From assembly GCA_048213135.1 (NCBI GenBank), contig PS015015.1:96925-160924 (forward strand): a stretch of DNA of 64,000 nt. Direction: 5' to 3'. Source of the DNA: Reclinomonas americana ATCC 50394. Lineage: Eukaryota. The translations under genes were made by a program, and so were the position numbers. Under the pieces are notes generated by a model. That model saw only the letters and a program-made list of their open reading frames with translations, did not search any database and was not told the DNA's origin. Of this stretch, positions 28,649-42,000 are shown in pieces (within the stretch, counting starts at the first letter, position 1; every line of letters starts with the position of its first letter).

Positions 28649-30577
28649 TCACCGACTCATAGACGACGCCGATGAAGGCGACGACGGTGGTCGCTGGTTG
28701 GCGAGGCCGGGCGACGGTGACCGACGACCCACTGCCAACAAGAATAAGCAACAAAACAAGAAATCACAACGACAATCACCACCAACACACACCTGCGCGC
28801 ACTGGACCAGCGGGAGAAGACTGCAGCGCCAATGGCGAAGACTGCAGTGCCAACGGCGGCGGCGGCGGCGAGCTGCTTCCTCCCACTGCGCCGGCTGGCG
28901 AAGCCGACAGTGACAAACGCCCAGATGAGGAACCAGACGCACGACTGGCGGACTCGCCCGCAGCACCAGTGGAGAGTCGATCGGTCGACCGCGCAGAGCT
29001 CGAGGGAGACGAGGCGGCAGCAGCTGCCACCAAGTTTGACGGCTGTGCGGCGAAGGTACATGTGAGTGAACTCGACGAGAAGCAAGAGCACGAGTGCATC
29101 AGTCCTCACCTCGCCGGCACGCGCGGCTGCGCGGGATCGCCGCAGAGTGGCAGCGTACAACTGAACCACCGGCGCCACCTTGGCCGGATCCTTCCACAGC
29201 AGGCGAATGGCGTTGTTGCCGAGATCGGCCACGTACACCTCGGCCAGTTGCGTCACGAGAATGTCGGAGAGAGAGTTGAATTTGGCCTGCGACAAACAAC
29301 ACGGGGTGAGCACCAAGTGCGTCCCAAAGCGAGCGGCACTTGCAATACATCGCAACTTCATCGGCGGTCCCATTGACGTGACCCCAGCCCTTCTGGCCGG
29401 CAAACGTGACGACACTGGTGTAGTCGCGCGACACCTTGCGAATGCTGTTGTTCTCGCGATCCGCCACGAGGATCTCGCCACTCGGCACCACCGCCACCGC
29501 CACCGGAAAACTGAAGGCCGCCGACTCAGCGGGCCCATCGCGGAATCCCGACTTGCCCGAACCGGCCACGGTGCTCACCAGCTCCAGATCGGCCGACAGC
29601 TTGCGAATGACATGGTTGCGCGAGTCGGCCACGATGAAGCCGCCGTCCACGTCGGGTGTGATGCTTGTGGGTCTCTGTGGGTACCGCGTGAGTCAGCAAA
29701 GGAGAAAGCGAGTGTGGAATGCGTGTATGCGTGACGCACCCGGAAGAGTGAAGCCGCCGCCGGACCATTCGTGTAGCCCTCGACAGAGCCGGCAACCGTA
29801 GTCACGCGGCCCTCGGCCACCGCAATGCGCCGAACGCGATGGTTGAACTCGTCGGCCACCAGCACCGCCCCGTCTTGCGTCACACAAATATCGGAGGGCC
29901 CATCAAAGCGGGCCTCGGCCACCGACCCATCACGGAAGCCCTTCTTGCCCGAGCCAGCCAACGTGCGCGCATCGGTGCCGTCTACGTGAGAGAAGATGAG
30001 CGCGAAAAAAGAACACAAAGTTGGAGAAGAGAGAGGGCTGCGCACCGAGCTTGATCATGCGAATCCGATTGTGACCCGAGTCGCACACCAACACGTAGTC
30101 CTCGTACAAGCACATGCCCTTGGGCGCCAGCAGCACACCTCCATCCAGCAGTGTCTCCACGCGGCCCTCATCGGGAAACACTCGTCGCAACGAGTTGCTG
30201 CGCGTCTCCGACACCACCAACGATCTGCAAACACACACACACACACACACACATGTGAGCAGCGCGCAGAGGAAGACAGAGAATGTGTGTGTGCGCACCC
30301 ATCAGGCAGCTCGCAGAGGCGATTGATGCCTGAGAACTCGGCCGACGCAAAGTCCCCATCGCGCTCTCCAAAGCGACCGGAGCCGCACAGTGTGCGCACA
30401 AGGAACTCGCCTCGCCAGAAGGCATCCTTGGCGAACACAGACGCGGCCTCCGCGGAAGCTAAAGACAGAAAGATAAGAGAGAAGAGAGTGAGTGCATGAC
30501 GTGTGCGCAAGAGTGTGTGCGTGGACGCAACGAGGGCTGTTGGTGAACATGCGCTTGCCAGTAGGCGTACCAGACAT
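28649..30577 (-). CDS. NHL-repeat beta-propeller protein with a Ser/Pro-rich tail
   Basis: Repeated TLAGSGKKGFRDG..AEARFDGPSDI...VLVADEFNHRVRRI, VADSRNHVIRKL, VADRENNSIRKV, VADLGNNAIRLL. Confidence 0.88.
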
Positions 30578-30676
30578 GGTCTCTCCGCGCGCTCTCAAAG
30601 TCTGAAGTGTTTTCGTGTGCAGAGAGCTGCGTGAAATTTACACACAGTTTTCTTTTCGCGTGTGAGAGCAGATCGG

Positions 30677-31897
30677 ATGCTTCTTTTGCGACGTGCGTTC
30701 GGCCTGTTTGCCGCTGGAGTGTCGACAGTCACTGCTGGTGTGTGTGTCTCGTTGTTTGCGTCGGGCAACCACATTTGTGCTGATTTTGCAGTGTCTTTCG
30801 TGCAGCCATCTGGGCATCAGAGGGCGAGGCTGTGCACACGGAGCCAGCAGTAACGCCAGCAACAGCAGCACCGCCGACGCCACAAGCAGTGGCGGCAGCA
30901 CGCGCGCAGAGTTGCGTGTGTGTGTGTGTGAAGGAGAGAGTGTGCGATGACATCGCACAAACTTACTTTCTCACGCACTTTGCAGGTGCGGTGGTGAGCG
31001 ATGGCAAGGCGCATGCGGCGTACGTGTGGATCCACTTGTCGCCGACGGCAGATGTGCGCGAGGTCGCGCGTGTGGCCGCGCACATTCACAAGTTGGTCGA
31101 TCATGTGGTCGGTTGTTGTCCAGTGTGTCTGTGTTTGAGCGTGCTCTCTCTCACACACGCGCGTACATACAGTCACCGCCTGCGGATCGCGACGAGGAGA
31201 ACGAGGTGTTGACGGCGGTCGGCTTTGGACCGCGCATGTGGTCGCGCATTGGAGGCAAGACGCATGTTGCGTCGGAGAAACTACCTCGTGTTGCATGATC
31301 GTGGTCATCGCTCACTCTTTCTTCTTCGTCCTCCAGGAGCCGTTTGAGTACAAGCGTCGTGATGGGCAGTTGGGATCGATGCCGGCCACGGGCGGCGATG
31401 TATTTGTGCACATCAAGTCGGACTCGTACGGAAGCTGTTTCGATATGGTTTGCGTTGCTGTGTGTCCGCTGCGGCTTGCGATGTCTCGCCGTCGCTTTGG
31501 GCTGACTCGTGTGTGTACGTGCAGGCGCGTCTGATCAAGGAGCACTTGGACCGACTGACCCCGGGCGCAGTTGCGGCGTTTGACGATCGCTACGGGTTTG
31601 TGTACAAGGAGGGCCGCGATCTCAGCGGCTTCATCGACGGTAACGCGCACTTTGTCTGCCTCTCTCTCCCTTCGTCTCTTGTGTGTTGATCGTGTGTGTG
31701 CGTGTAGGTACGGCGAATGTGACGGGCGATGAGGAGCGTCGCGCAGTGTGCTTGCTGCCGCACGGTGGCGCGTACGTGATGACGCAGCGATGGGTGCATC
31801 CGCTGCCGACGCTGCGCACGCAGAGCCGCGCGCACCAGGAGCAATGGGTCGGCCGCCACAAGGCCGATTCGACACCGATTGAGCCGGCGCCAGTCGG
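30677..31897 (+). CDS. Dye-decolorising (DyP) heme peroxidase, YfeX-like; C-terminus lost in gap
   Basis: VGFGPRMW; MPATGGDVFVHIKS; GFVYKEGRDLSGFID|GTAN (GxxDG motif); GGAYVMTQRWVH; QEQWVGRHKADS. N-terminus MLLLRRAFGLFAAG is presequence-like. Confidence 0.85.
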
Positions 31898-31975
31898 NNN
31901 NNNNNNNNNNNNNNNNNTCATTGGTGTGATGTGGTGTGTGGCACTGCCTTCTCACTTTTTGTTGCTCGTTTGCAG

Positions 31976-32477
31976 AGTTCGATGAGCTCGATGCCGATCA
32001 CAATGGTCATTTTGTGTCCTTCTTGTCTCACTCTTTGTGGTGTCTTTGCTCACTGGTGTTTGTTGGGGCGGTGGTGGTGTAGGCACGCTGGAGAAGAGCG
32101 AGGTGCGAGAGAGAGAGAGAGACACTTAACAGAGACGATGATCACTTATTGATTGCTGGTTTTGTGTGATACAGTTCGCCCCTCACCTCAGGGTGCTGCT
32201 GAAGACCGCTGTCGAAGTGTGGGAGGAGGTGCGTGTCTGCTGTTGTTCATATGTGCACGCAAGTCCGTGTGACTTATGATGATGCATGTGTGTGCAGCTC
32301 GAGCGCGTCATGTACGACATCAAGGTCAGTGTGTCATGACAGTGTTGTTTGCAGGGGAGTGTGTGAGTGTGCTCACGCTGTCGAGGGACGGATGAACAGG
32401 AGTGGTACGATACTGACCGCAGCTATGAGGCCGCCCAGAAGAGCTCGTCGGAGCCGAAGGTGAGGATGCACGCATGA
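31976..32477 (+). CDS. C-terminal exons of an EF-hand-containing protein
   Basis: Spliced FDELDADHN|GTLEKSE|FAPHLRVLLK...|LERVMYDIK|EWYDTD...MHA*, with a canonical loop DADHNGTLEKSE. Confidence 0.6.
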
Positions 32478-32605
32478 TGGGAGGGGCGAAGAACGCACTG
32501 GTTGCAGAAAGCGAGAGTCTTGTCGCACGTGCTTGTGGTGGATGGAGAGAGATGCAGCGAGTGAAGATTGAGTGTCGCCTGCATGCACGCAAGAGTCTGA
32601 GAGCG

Positions 32606-33002
32606 ATGGGATGTGCATGGCGAGTGAGATCGCCGAGTCGTTTTTTGTCAGAGAGTATGCAGACATGCAGAGCGCACACTCAGCTTCCATTGCAGTGGAC
32701 ACCGTGTGGGAGACTATTATTCTTCTTGTCGGAAACGCACTGACGACCTTGTGTGTGCGTTTTTTCTGCAGGCGACCACTGAGCACGACTCGTACGTGCT
32801 GGTGGAGTACCCGACCTCGTCGTGGCTGTACTTTGTGCCGGCCGGCGGTGCTGAGAAGCACTTGGTCAAGAGCTCGCGCAGCGCTGCTGCCACCTGCGCT
32901 TTGTACCTCCGCAAGCTGTCGATCGATGCCACCAAGCCGCACAGCCGCGTCGTCAAGCCGGGCGGCTCGATTGTCTCCACCTACTACATGAACTCGCAGT
33001 AA
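32606..33002 (+). CDS. Small hypothetical protein; only the last exon is clear
   Basis: After ctgcag: ATTEHDSYVLVEYPTSSWLYFVP...STYYMNSQ* with coding-like GC3 bias. Confidence 0.4.
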
Positions 33003-33200
33003 TTGTGCACAACTGCGGGCGGCTGGCGGGGCGGAACACTCGAACCCCCAGTCGGTCGTCGGGAAGAGTGAAGGCGCGCGTCGCGAAACCGTACACAATC
33101 ACAACTACAAAAAGTTATTTCTGCACGCAGATTGTGTTTTTCCACTCTCGTCCACGCCAACACTCTTTTCCGTCATTCTAGCTGGAGCCAAGACCAAACC

Positions 33201-35584
33201 ATGGCTGCACTTGCCCGCGGAAATAGCATCGATGGCGACGATTCCGTCTGCGGTCTCGGGCAAGACTGCTGGATCAACATCCTATTGGTTGGTCGACGAT
33301 CCTCAGTGTCCATCTGTCGCTCCCTCGTCTAATGGCGCCGCGACCGCACAGTTCCTGGAGAGCAGCGACCTGCTTCGACTGCGTACCGTCTCGCAGGTGT
33401 TCCTGCTGCTGACGCGCTCACACACGCGCAAGGTGATGGCGGCCGGACGCGGTCGACAACTCCCTCCGCGACTGTCGCGCCTGCTGGACGATCGCGATCG
33501 ACAGCGCTTGTGGCGACTGCTGCTGGAGCGTGACTTTACCGCACAGACAGCAGAGGGAGGAGCGCTGGCAGTGCGTGGTTGGGTATGTCTTGAGAGACAC
33601 ACATTATCTCTCTCCTCACATGCATGATCGCTCACTCCTTCCTTGCTTGCTTGCATCGCAGCCGTTCGAGGGCATGGACTGGTTCACCACGTACTTTGGC
33701 TTTGCGCAGCTGCAGGCATGCACCGCCGATCGCATGGTCCGCAAGGTTCGCATCCAGTGCGAGCCGCAAGTCGACGTGGATCAGCAGGCGCTCTCGCGTG
33801 GAGGCTGGGTGCGACCGGCCAGCGCCAAGTCATCTTCCTCCTCCTCGTCCTCATCTCTCGCCGATCGATATCGACCGGTGCGACCGCTGTCGTCGTGCCA
33901 GCCCAAGTCGTCGCGATTGCCCTCGGTGCCGTGCCACTCGCTGTGCTTGCCAAACACGGAGCACTTGTCGAGCGACGTGCCGCTGACGGCGTGGTGCGGA
34001 ATGGGCGACGGTCGACTGGTGATGACCAACGTCGCCAGCGGGGAAGTGTTGTGGGGTACGTACGACGGCTATGAATAATGCTGCGTGGCGCGTCGTTTTC
34101 TCTGACTCTTGGTTGCAGAGTCGCGCCACCACAGCCACATTCTGAATGTGCTGCAGCCGCTGCAAGCGGATCGCAGTCGCATCCTCGCCGCCAGCATGGA
34201 CGGCGTCATGAGCGTGTGGAATGGACCGCAGGTTCGTCTTGCGAGCACGTAGTTTCTCTCCGTCTGTGCATGATATTCACCACTGTGTGCAGCTGGTCAC
34301 CACCTGGGATGTGATGGCGTCGACGGGCCGCAACAAGACCAAGACGTACACCAACAAGTGCGTGATGGATCCCACCAGTGGCCTGCTGGCCGTGGCCTGC
34401 GATAATGGCAAGCTGGCACTGGTGGACACGGCGGCCGACGGGCAGGTGATTCGTCGCGTCAGCACAAGGCGCGATCGCGATGTGTCGTTGTATGCGGTGG
34501 CTCCGTGTCCGGCGATCGGTGCGATTCTGACGGGCGGCTTTGACGGCAAGGTGTTTTTACACAGTGCACTTTGTCTTTCTCTGCGTCGTCATGCTGACTG
34601 GTGTCCACACGCACAGCTCCGTGTCTATGACGTTCGAGCTGGCCAGTTTTTCAACGTGGTGGAAGGCAATCCGTACAAAGGTCGGGCACGCTCCCACCGC
34701 GCCTCATCAATCCTGTTGCAACTCACACCGCACGTTTTCTGTACTCCACAGTGTATTCGTTGGACACCAAGGAGGTGCAAGTCGCGTGCGGTGGTGGCGA
34801 CAATATGCTGCGTTTGTTCGACCTGCGACGACTGCATCGGTACGTGTCGTCGAAGAATGTTGATGGTGGTGTGTACATGCGTCTCATCATTCTCTCCTCT
34901 CGTCGTCAACAGCGGCTCGGTGTGTAACGATCGGTGAGTTGTCGTCGCAGACAATTATGGAAGTATTTCTTGAAACTGATGGTGAAATGCAGTGTGTCGG
35001 ACTTTGTGCGTGGCTGGCTGGAGGTGGTTCGCTTCTCGACTGTGCCCGACTCGCGCGACGTGTATGGCGCGGATGGTGCCGGTCGTGTGATGCGATGGGA
35101 CCTGGAGCGGGGTGCCGAGTTTCGTCCACGACGTGTGTTCGCTGCGCAATCGCTCATGACCACTTACACTCCCCTTCCCCGCTTTCCTCCTTTGCAGCCT
35201 GGACGCCGAGCGCGTGTCACCGGCGTACAGCTCTCCGGTGTGGGACATGCAGCAAGTGCCTGGCAAGGATGCACTCGTGTGGGTGACGGAGAGCGGCGAA
35301 GTGGGTGTCTCGCGGACCAGCGACACGAACCGCGAGCGACTGCGGCAGTACTTTGACTGGCCCGAGCGGACCGACAATGTGATGCCACCACACCCGAGCC
35401 GTGTCTCATGGTGAGTGCATTGTTCATGCATGTCCAACAACAGCGCAAGATATTCTTTTGTATGCATGCGTCGGTCGGGGGTCGCACATGTGTCTCACTT
35501 CTCTCTTTGTGTGTGCGTTTGCGTATGCTGCTGTGGAGCAGGATGCAAGGTGGTTCGGGACGGGCGCATCGGCTGTACTTGTGA
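33201..35584 (+). CDS. F-box/WD40-repeat protein
   Basis: F-box LGQDCWINILL|FLESSDLLRLRTVSQVF; WD-like CGMGDGRL, LAASMDG, AVACDNGKL, LTGGFDGK|LRVYDVR, GGGDNMLRLFDLR, GRVMRWDL. Confidence 0.8.
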
Positions 35585-36072
35585 ATGAAAGCAAACAAAA
35601 AACCTGTTTTCCCTCGAGCTCGTCCATCGGTGTTCGATATTTTTCTCGCGCCACACGAGCCAAGCCCGCCGCGTCGCTCCTCACACGACCCTCTCTTGCG
35701 TGTGTGTGCACGTGCCTCCCAAGTGCCCTTTGAGTGGCACACCCAATGTGGCGTCAGTTGCGTTCCACACACAGCATGACACCTTCTCTGTGTACACAAG
35801 CATCTTGCACCGGGGTTATATGCAATCATCGTGCAGAGCCTCTCTCTCACATACACTCTTACTCTCTCTCTCTCACACACACACAGTCACAGGCTTTCCT
35901 CTGCACGCACTCTCTCTTCTCTCTCTCTCTCTCTCTGCCTCCCGGTATCCTTCTCATGATCTCTGCTCTCTCCCTGTACGCGCGCCACACTCACACGCAC
36001 CGCCTTGCACTGCCTCACACTCACTGACACACCACCCGCGCACCTATGGGGACGGGGAGGGCGTGGAGAGTC

Positions 36073-39000
36073 ATGTCCACACTCACACACTCACACACAC
36101 ACGCACACAGTCGCCTGTCACGATCTGGTGCCTCGGGCGGAGGTGCAGGTGGTGGTAGTCTTGGAGGCAGTGGCACAGGTGGCGGTGGAGGAGGTGGTGG
36201 TGGCGGCTTTGGATTCGGCAACGAGTTTGGCGCCCCACTCGCCGAGGATGAGTTTGTGAGTCAGTTCATGCTGCTGGCCAGCGACGATGCCGAGAACTCG
36301 TTTGGCGCGCAACATGGTGGCACAGGCACCGGCAGCAGTCTGTCCATGTACAACTTCCAGTCGACGCCCACCATGATGGGACTGAGTGGGCCCACGGCGG
36401 CGCCCAGTAACTCGTTTCTCGGAGGTGCAGCGTCGGCCTCGGGATGGTGGATGGGAGGAGGTGGTGGTGGTGGTGGAGGTGGAGGTGGTGGTGTCGTAGG
36501 CGCCTCCTCGTTCTCGCCTGTACGTGGTGGAGGCAGCGTCGTTGGTGGCGGTGGCGGTGGTGGAACGGGGTTCAGTGGCTTCTTGGCGGGACCCAATGGT
36601 CCGTCGTCGCCTCTGATTCTGCCGGCGAGCAGTGTCGGAGCTGCCTCGCCGACGTCGGGCACCGTCACGCATCATCGGCTGCAGGGCTTCGGCAGCGGCA
36701 ATGCGATGGGCAGTGGTCCGGTGTCGCCGGCGCTGGGTGCCACAGTTGTGGCGCCGGCGCATGTGGCGGTGGCGCTGTCGTCGTTCTCGCAGGGCATCAC
36801 AGCGTCGTCGACCTTTGTGGCTGGTGGAGGCAGTCCGTTGAATACTGCGTCAGCGGCGGCACCTCTGCTCGGAGCTGGCGTCACGCGGACGAATGGCAAT
36901 GCCGCGGCTGGTGTGATTGTCCCTGCCGGCAGAGGAGTGCCAATGACAGCAGTGTTGTCGGCGGCGGTGGTGGTGGCGCCTGTAGTACCCGCCAAGTCCG
37001 TGGGTGCCGCTGCCGTGGGTGCCGGCAAGCCTGAAAAGGCGACGGCGGCCGCGGGTCGAGCAAGCGTGCCGGAGACTGCACGCAGTGACACCAGTGCACG
37101 AGCTCCGTCACCACAACAGTCGCTAACGGTGCTGTCCGGTGCCTCCTCACGACGGAGAACCAAGCAGTGCGTTTCTGCTTCCCGTGATCCCCGTGTCTCT
37201 CACTCTGCGTCTCACAATTATGCTCAGATCTGCTGCCACCTCGGTCACATCAGCGGCGGCAGGCAAACGAGGAGCAAGTGCCGCTGAACAGTCAGCAGTG
37301 ACGAGCAGCCGCAGCACTGCTGCCGCTGCGCCGTCGGCTGTGACGTGGAATTTTGCCAATGCGCAGCCGAGCTCCATTGGTGGCTCCCACTCACCGCCAT
37401 CGCATGCGGCCAACTACGCCGAGCATGCTGGTAACTTCCTTTACGGCCGCGAGGCCGATTTTCCGTCACTGGAGGCGCGCGTCAAGGGCAAGCAAAAGGA
37501 CCACAGCAACCGCACGTACGAGGAACTCGACTTGCTTCTGGCACTGGTGGAGCGTCTGCGGCCGGCGTGCTATCAGCCGAGCACTGGTGCGCCGTGTGCG
37601 TTTCTTCTTCGCTCGACTGTTGAACTAACTAACTTATCCACCCGATGGTTAGCGTGTGGCATCTACGTGGTGGAGATTCAGACGTCGCTGTGCAGCCACC
37701 CAACTCCCATCACGTTTTCGTCGGCGGAGAGTGGCACCGGCGTGTGGAAGCAAGTGCGCGGCAAGAATCCCGACATTACACGACTCAACACACTGAAGTA
37801 TTTCATCCATCGTGCACGTGTCGACGCCGACAAGGTGTGCGAGTGTGTGTGTTTGTGTCAAAAGAGTGCCTCCTTGGCACTGATTGTTGCGCAGCACGCT
37901 GCGGTGCGACGCGAGTACTACTTCCGTCGCCGACCCACCGCGGATCAAGTGCTGCTGGGTATCTGCATGGTGTATCCGCTGAACCAGAAGCGGCAGGCCA
38001 GCAAGCGCCAATCGTACGAAGGTTCGTATGGCGGGGGCGTGCAGGCGGTTGTTTCTGCAGTCACTCATNNNNNNNNNNNNNNNNNNNNNNNNNNNNNNNN
38101 NNNNNNNNNNNNNNNNNNAATGCGACTGCTCCAGCGCGACCAGCCGCACGCGCCATGCTCTCCGTACAGCAGCTCCCTGTTGTGTCACCCAGTGCCGATG
38201 ACTCGCTTTCTTCTGGGGGCGACTCTTCGCCAACTCCATTGGTCCCATTGCAACAACCACCACTAAAAGCGGAGCTGCCACAGCAAACTGCACCCCCCGC
38301 TCCTCCGCCACCACCACCTCCTGCTGCTCCGCCGATGGTCGCTGCAGCAGCAGCAGCTGCATCGATTACCTCGTCGTCGCCCACGCCGGCTTTGTTTTCT
38401 GGCGCCACGCCGGTCGCCGGCGCACTGGCAACTTCATCGCCAATACTGGCAACGCCGCCAATGTCTCTCGGGGCGGGTGCTGCGTCGCCGATGCCCTCGC
38501 CGCTCGTTCCGGTGCACACGAGCGGCACTCCGTCGATGCCCTCTGTCGCCGGTCGCATGCCCTCGCCCTACATTGGCGGTACTGCTGGTCCTGCTGCTGC
38601 CGCAGCCACACTGCCGCCGGTGCTTCAGCTTACCGATTCAATAACGCTGGCCGAGTTGCAGTACCGCAACGGCACACTGGAGTTGCCGGCGACCATGACA
38701 GGACGCGAGCAGCAGCTTGGCGAGTCTGTCGAGTTCCTGGTGGAGAATCTCGGTTCGTTCACATGCATATGCGTTTCAACCCACAGTGCTGACCGACAAA
38801 ATGTCGTCGCTGCTCGCAGGCTACCCGTGCGTCATTATGGTGACTGGCGAGCAGGGCGTGGGCAAGACTTCGTTCGCCTTCCAGCTCCTCTCCGACATTC
38901 GTACCAAGCTTGGCGTGTCCAGCCGGCCAGTTTACGTCAACATGTCGGGCCGCGATCAGCGATCCTCGCTCAAGGACGCACAGGCCATGTTCCAGATCAT

Positions 39001-42000
39001 TCACCAAGTCGACTACAAGCAGAGCTGCCGTATTGGTGCGGCATCTTTCGGCGGTCGGCTCGGCGAGGTTGGTGAAATTGATCTCCGTTTCCTTTGCTTT
39101 TTTGTTGGTCGTTGCTGACGTGTATCGCGCGCGCGCAGCATCTCCTTCACCGGCAGTACCAGTTGTGGCTCTTTGCCAGCACGCCCAGCAAGCGCCGCAT
39201 CATTGTGTTGGACAATGTGCAGACTGCCGCACAGATCGCGCGCCTCTTGCCATCCAGCTCCCATCTCAGCAGCTCGTCGACCTGTCGTGGTGCGCTCGTT
39301 TTTGCTGTTCACACTCCATGCAGTTATGTTGTTTATCATCATCGTCCGTGCGCAGAATCGTACCCGCCGCTGTTGATTGTGATTGCGGCCAATCAGTCGC
39401 TGCAGTTGAGCTGCGAGTCCCTTCATCGGTGTCACCTGCCACCGTGGACGGTGCGTGCTGCTATTAGGCCCTGTGTTCCTTCTCATTACGAGCGCTCACC
39501 AGCATGTGTGGCTCTCGTGCAGACCGAGGAGTGCAAAGTATTCCTCACGCGCTGCTTCCGCAAGGACTCCATCGACGCCCATTTCGAGGCCGTGCTCGAC
39601 GACATTGCTGTGCGCATCAACGGATCGCCTCTGTACGCGCAGTTACTTGTCGGCTACCTGAAAGAGCACATGCGAGAGAATCCGCACGGTGACGGCATTC
39701 TGGGGGCGTGGCAGGCCTTCACCGACGGCGGTGCAGAGTTGGTGCGTCATCACCCTGAGTGCTTACCATGTGCTTTCTTCGTTCCTCCTCACCACATGTG
39801 TACATGTGTAATGCATGCAGTCTGCAGACACGTGGCTTGGTCGCACGATACAACCGCTGTCGGAGGCAGCGCACAAGTTGATCTCGTGTCTGGCCACCTT
39901 TGGCGGCATTCATCCCGTGTCCACCGCCGTGCTGCAGCTGCTCATGAAGGGCGTTTTGCTGCCACGTGATGGTACGTGGACCTGCGACGCGCGCTGGTGA
40001 AGAAAAAGCTCACCGTGCTCGTAGTTGAGGCGGCACTCGCCGAATTGCTGGCTCGCAACATGGTGCACTGCTGGCACGACTTGCGTCCGAACTTTGCCCT
40101 CGTGCTCGACGGCGAGCCGGAACACGTGCTGCGGCGGTTCTCGCGCCTAGTGGCCGGCGCTTCGCGACAAAAGAGTTGCGCGACGTGCACCTGCGCTGTA
40201 GATTGCCCTGTGAACTGACTTGTGTGTGCGTGTGTGTGTGCGCTGTAGCCGACACGGTCGTCGATGCGACCATGGAGGAGAACGCGCTGGCGCTCTGCAG
40301 TCTCTCCAACATGGCAACATCGCGCTCCGAGGCCTTCCGTCGTCGCCAGCGGTTGCACTCGCTGGAGGAGGTCTGTCTTGCGCATGCAAGTGTACATGGC
40401 AAGCGAAAGCACGGATTCACTGATCTGTCAACTGCAGTTGTCTGGACCGCAGCTCAATGCGCCGGGCATCTCCAAGGAGACGCAGGCCATTCTCGGCGAC
40501 GCCTATCCGTTTGTGCAGGGTGGACACTTTTTGTTGTGGGCACTGCCGCAGCCGGTAAACGCGTATATTGTGCGCCGCGGCAACGCCGACAAGGTGTACT
40601 ACGAGAAGCGCTTTGTCGAGGTCAGTTTGTGTCGATGTGGAGAGACAGCGGTGTGTTTGCTGTTTTTTTCCCGCTCACCACGGGGAATGTGCAGATTTTC
40701 GGGCAGCTGCTGGCCGGCTACGAGTACATGTACTACGACACGGACCATGCCAACTGGGCCGCACTGGCCTTTGAGCCGTTCCGCATGTCATTCCAATTCC
40801 TGCAGTGCCTGCTGCAGGATCTGTGGGAGGAGCACTACGACACCCTCGTGCCCATCATGTCGGAAGGCTCGCTCTTCCTCATCGACCGCGTCGGCCGCAA
40901 GAAGTTCTGCAAGTGCCTCTTCAACATGTTCTCGCGGTATTTGGACGCGCATCACGACACCCTCTCCCTGTGGGATCGTGCTCGCCTGCACCAGCGCTGC
41001 GTGTACATGGCACGTCGCATCCGGCAGTACGACGAGTCGGCGCAGCGGCACGCATCACAAATGTTCGAACTGGTATCATCGTCGCCGCTCGCCGGCAAGC
41101 GACGGTACTATGAGTTCATTCACACCTACGGCAAGTACCTCATCGACCAAGGCCAGTGGGCTGCGGCCGAGGAGGCGCTGCTTGGTGAGCTGCTCACATC
41201 AAAGATAATCGTGTTTCCTTCCGTGCGACTCATGTGTGCCTTGCAATTGTGCAGCCGCACTTGAGGTGTTTGGCACCGATTTTTCGTCGCCACCGTACGT
41301 GATTGCGCGCATGGTGAACACTCTGTGCGTGTGCCAACACACTCTGGTTTGTGATGCTTTGCGGGTGAAGAATTGTTGGCAGTCGTCTCATTTTCGCTCC
41401 GCAGGGCAAGTTTGCCGATGCTCTGGCCACTGGCGACTTGCTGCTGCGCATTTGGGATCACCTGAGCAACAAGGAGCACCCGGAGTACGCTCGCGCACTC
41501 AACACGGCCGCCAACATCAAGAGCGTGCAGGGCAACCGACTGGAGGCCATCCGGCTCATCGAACGATCGCTGAACGTGTGGAACACCGTGTACGTGTGCA
41601 AGTGGATCGAGTACGCCATTGCCGAGAGCAACTTGGCGTCGGTGTTTGTCAGCGAGGGATCCTACTCCAAGGCCGAGTTTCTGTACACGTGCGTTGCCTC
41701 GTGATGTCTGTGCCTAGTCAATGTGCATTCTCCCTGACACGTTGCTGTGCACAGACGGTCACTCGGCAAATTGGAAAGCATCTACTTGGATCCGTCGCAA
41801 CCGAGCGTCGAGAATCGTGAGCTGCACGCTGCTCCGCTGCTCAAGATCGACATGACTGCCATGAACCCGGAGCTGGCACGCTGCCTCGGCAACCTGGCCC
41901 TGGTCAACGACTTTCTCGGGCACATTGAGGAGACGCAGGGGTGCGTACGCGTGTCTCCAATGACTTGCACTGGCCGCAAGCTCACCATGTCGCGTCTCTC

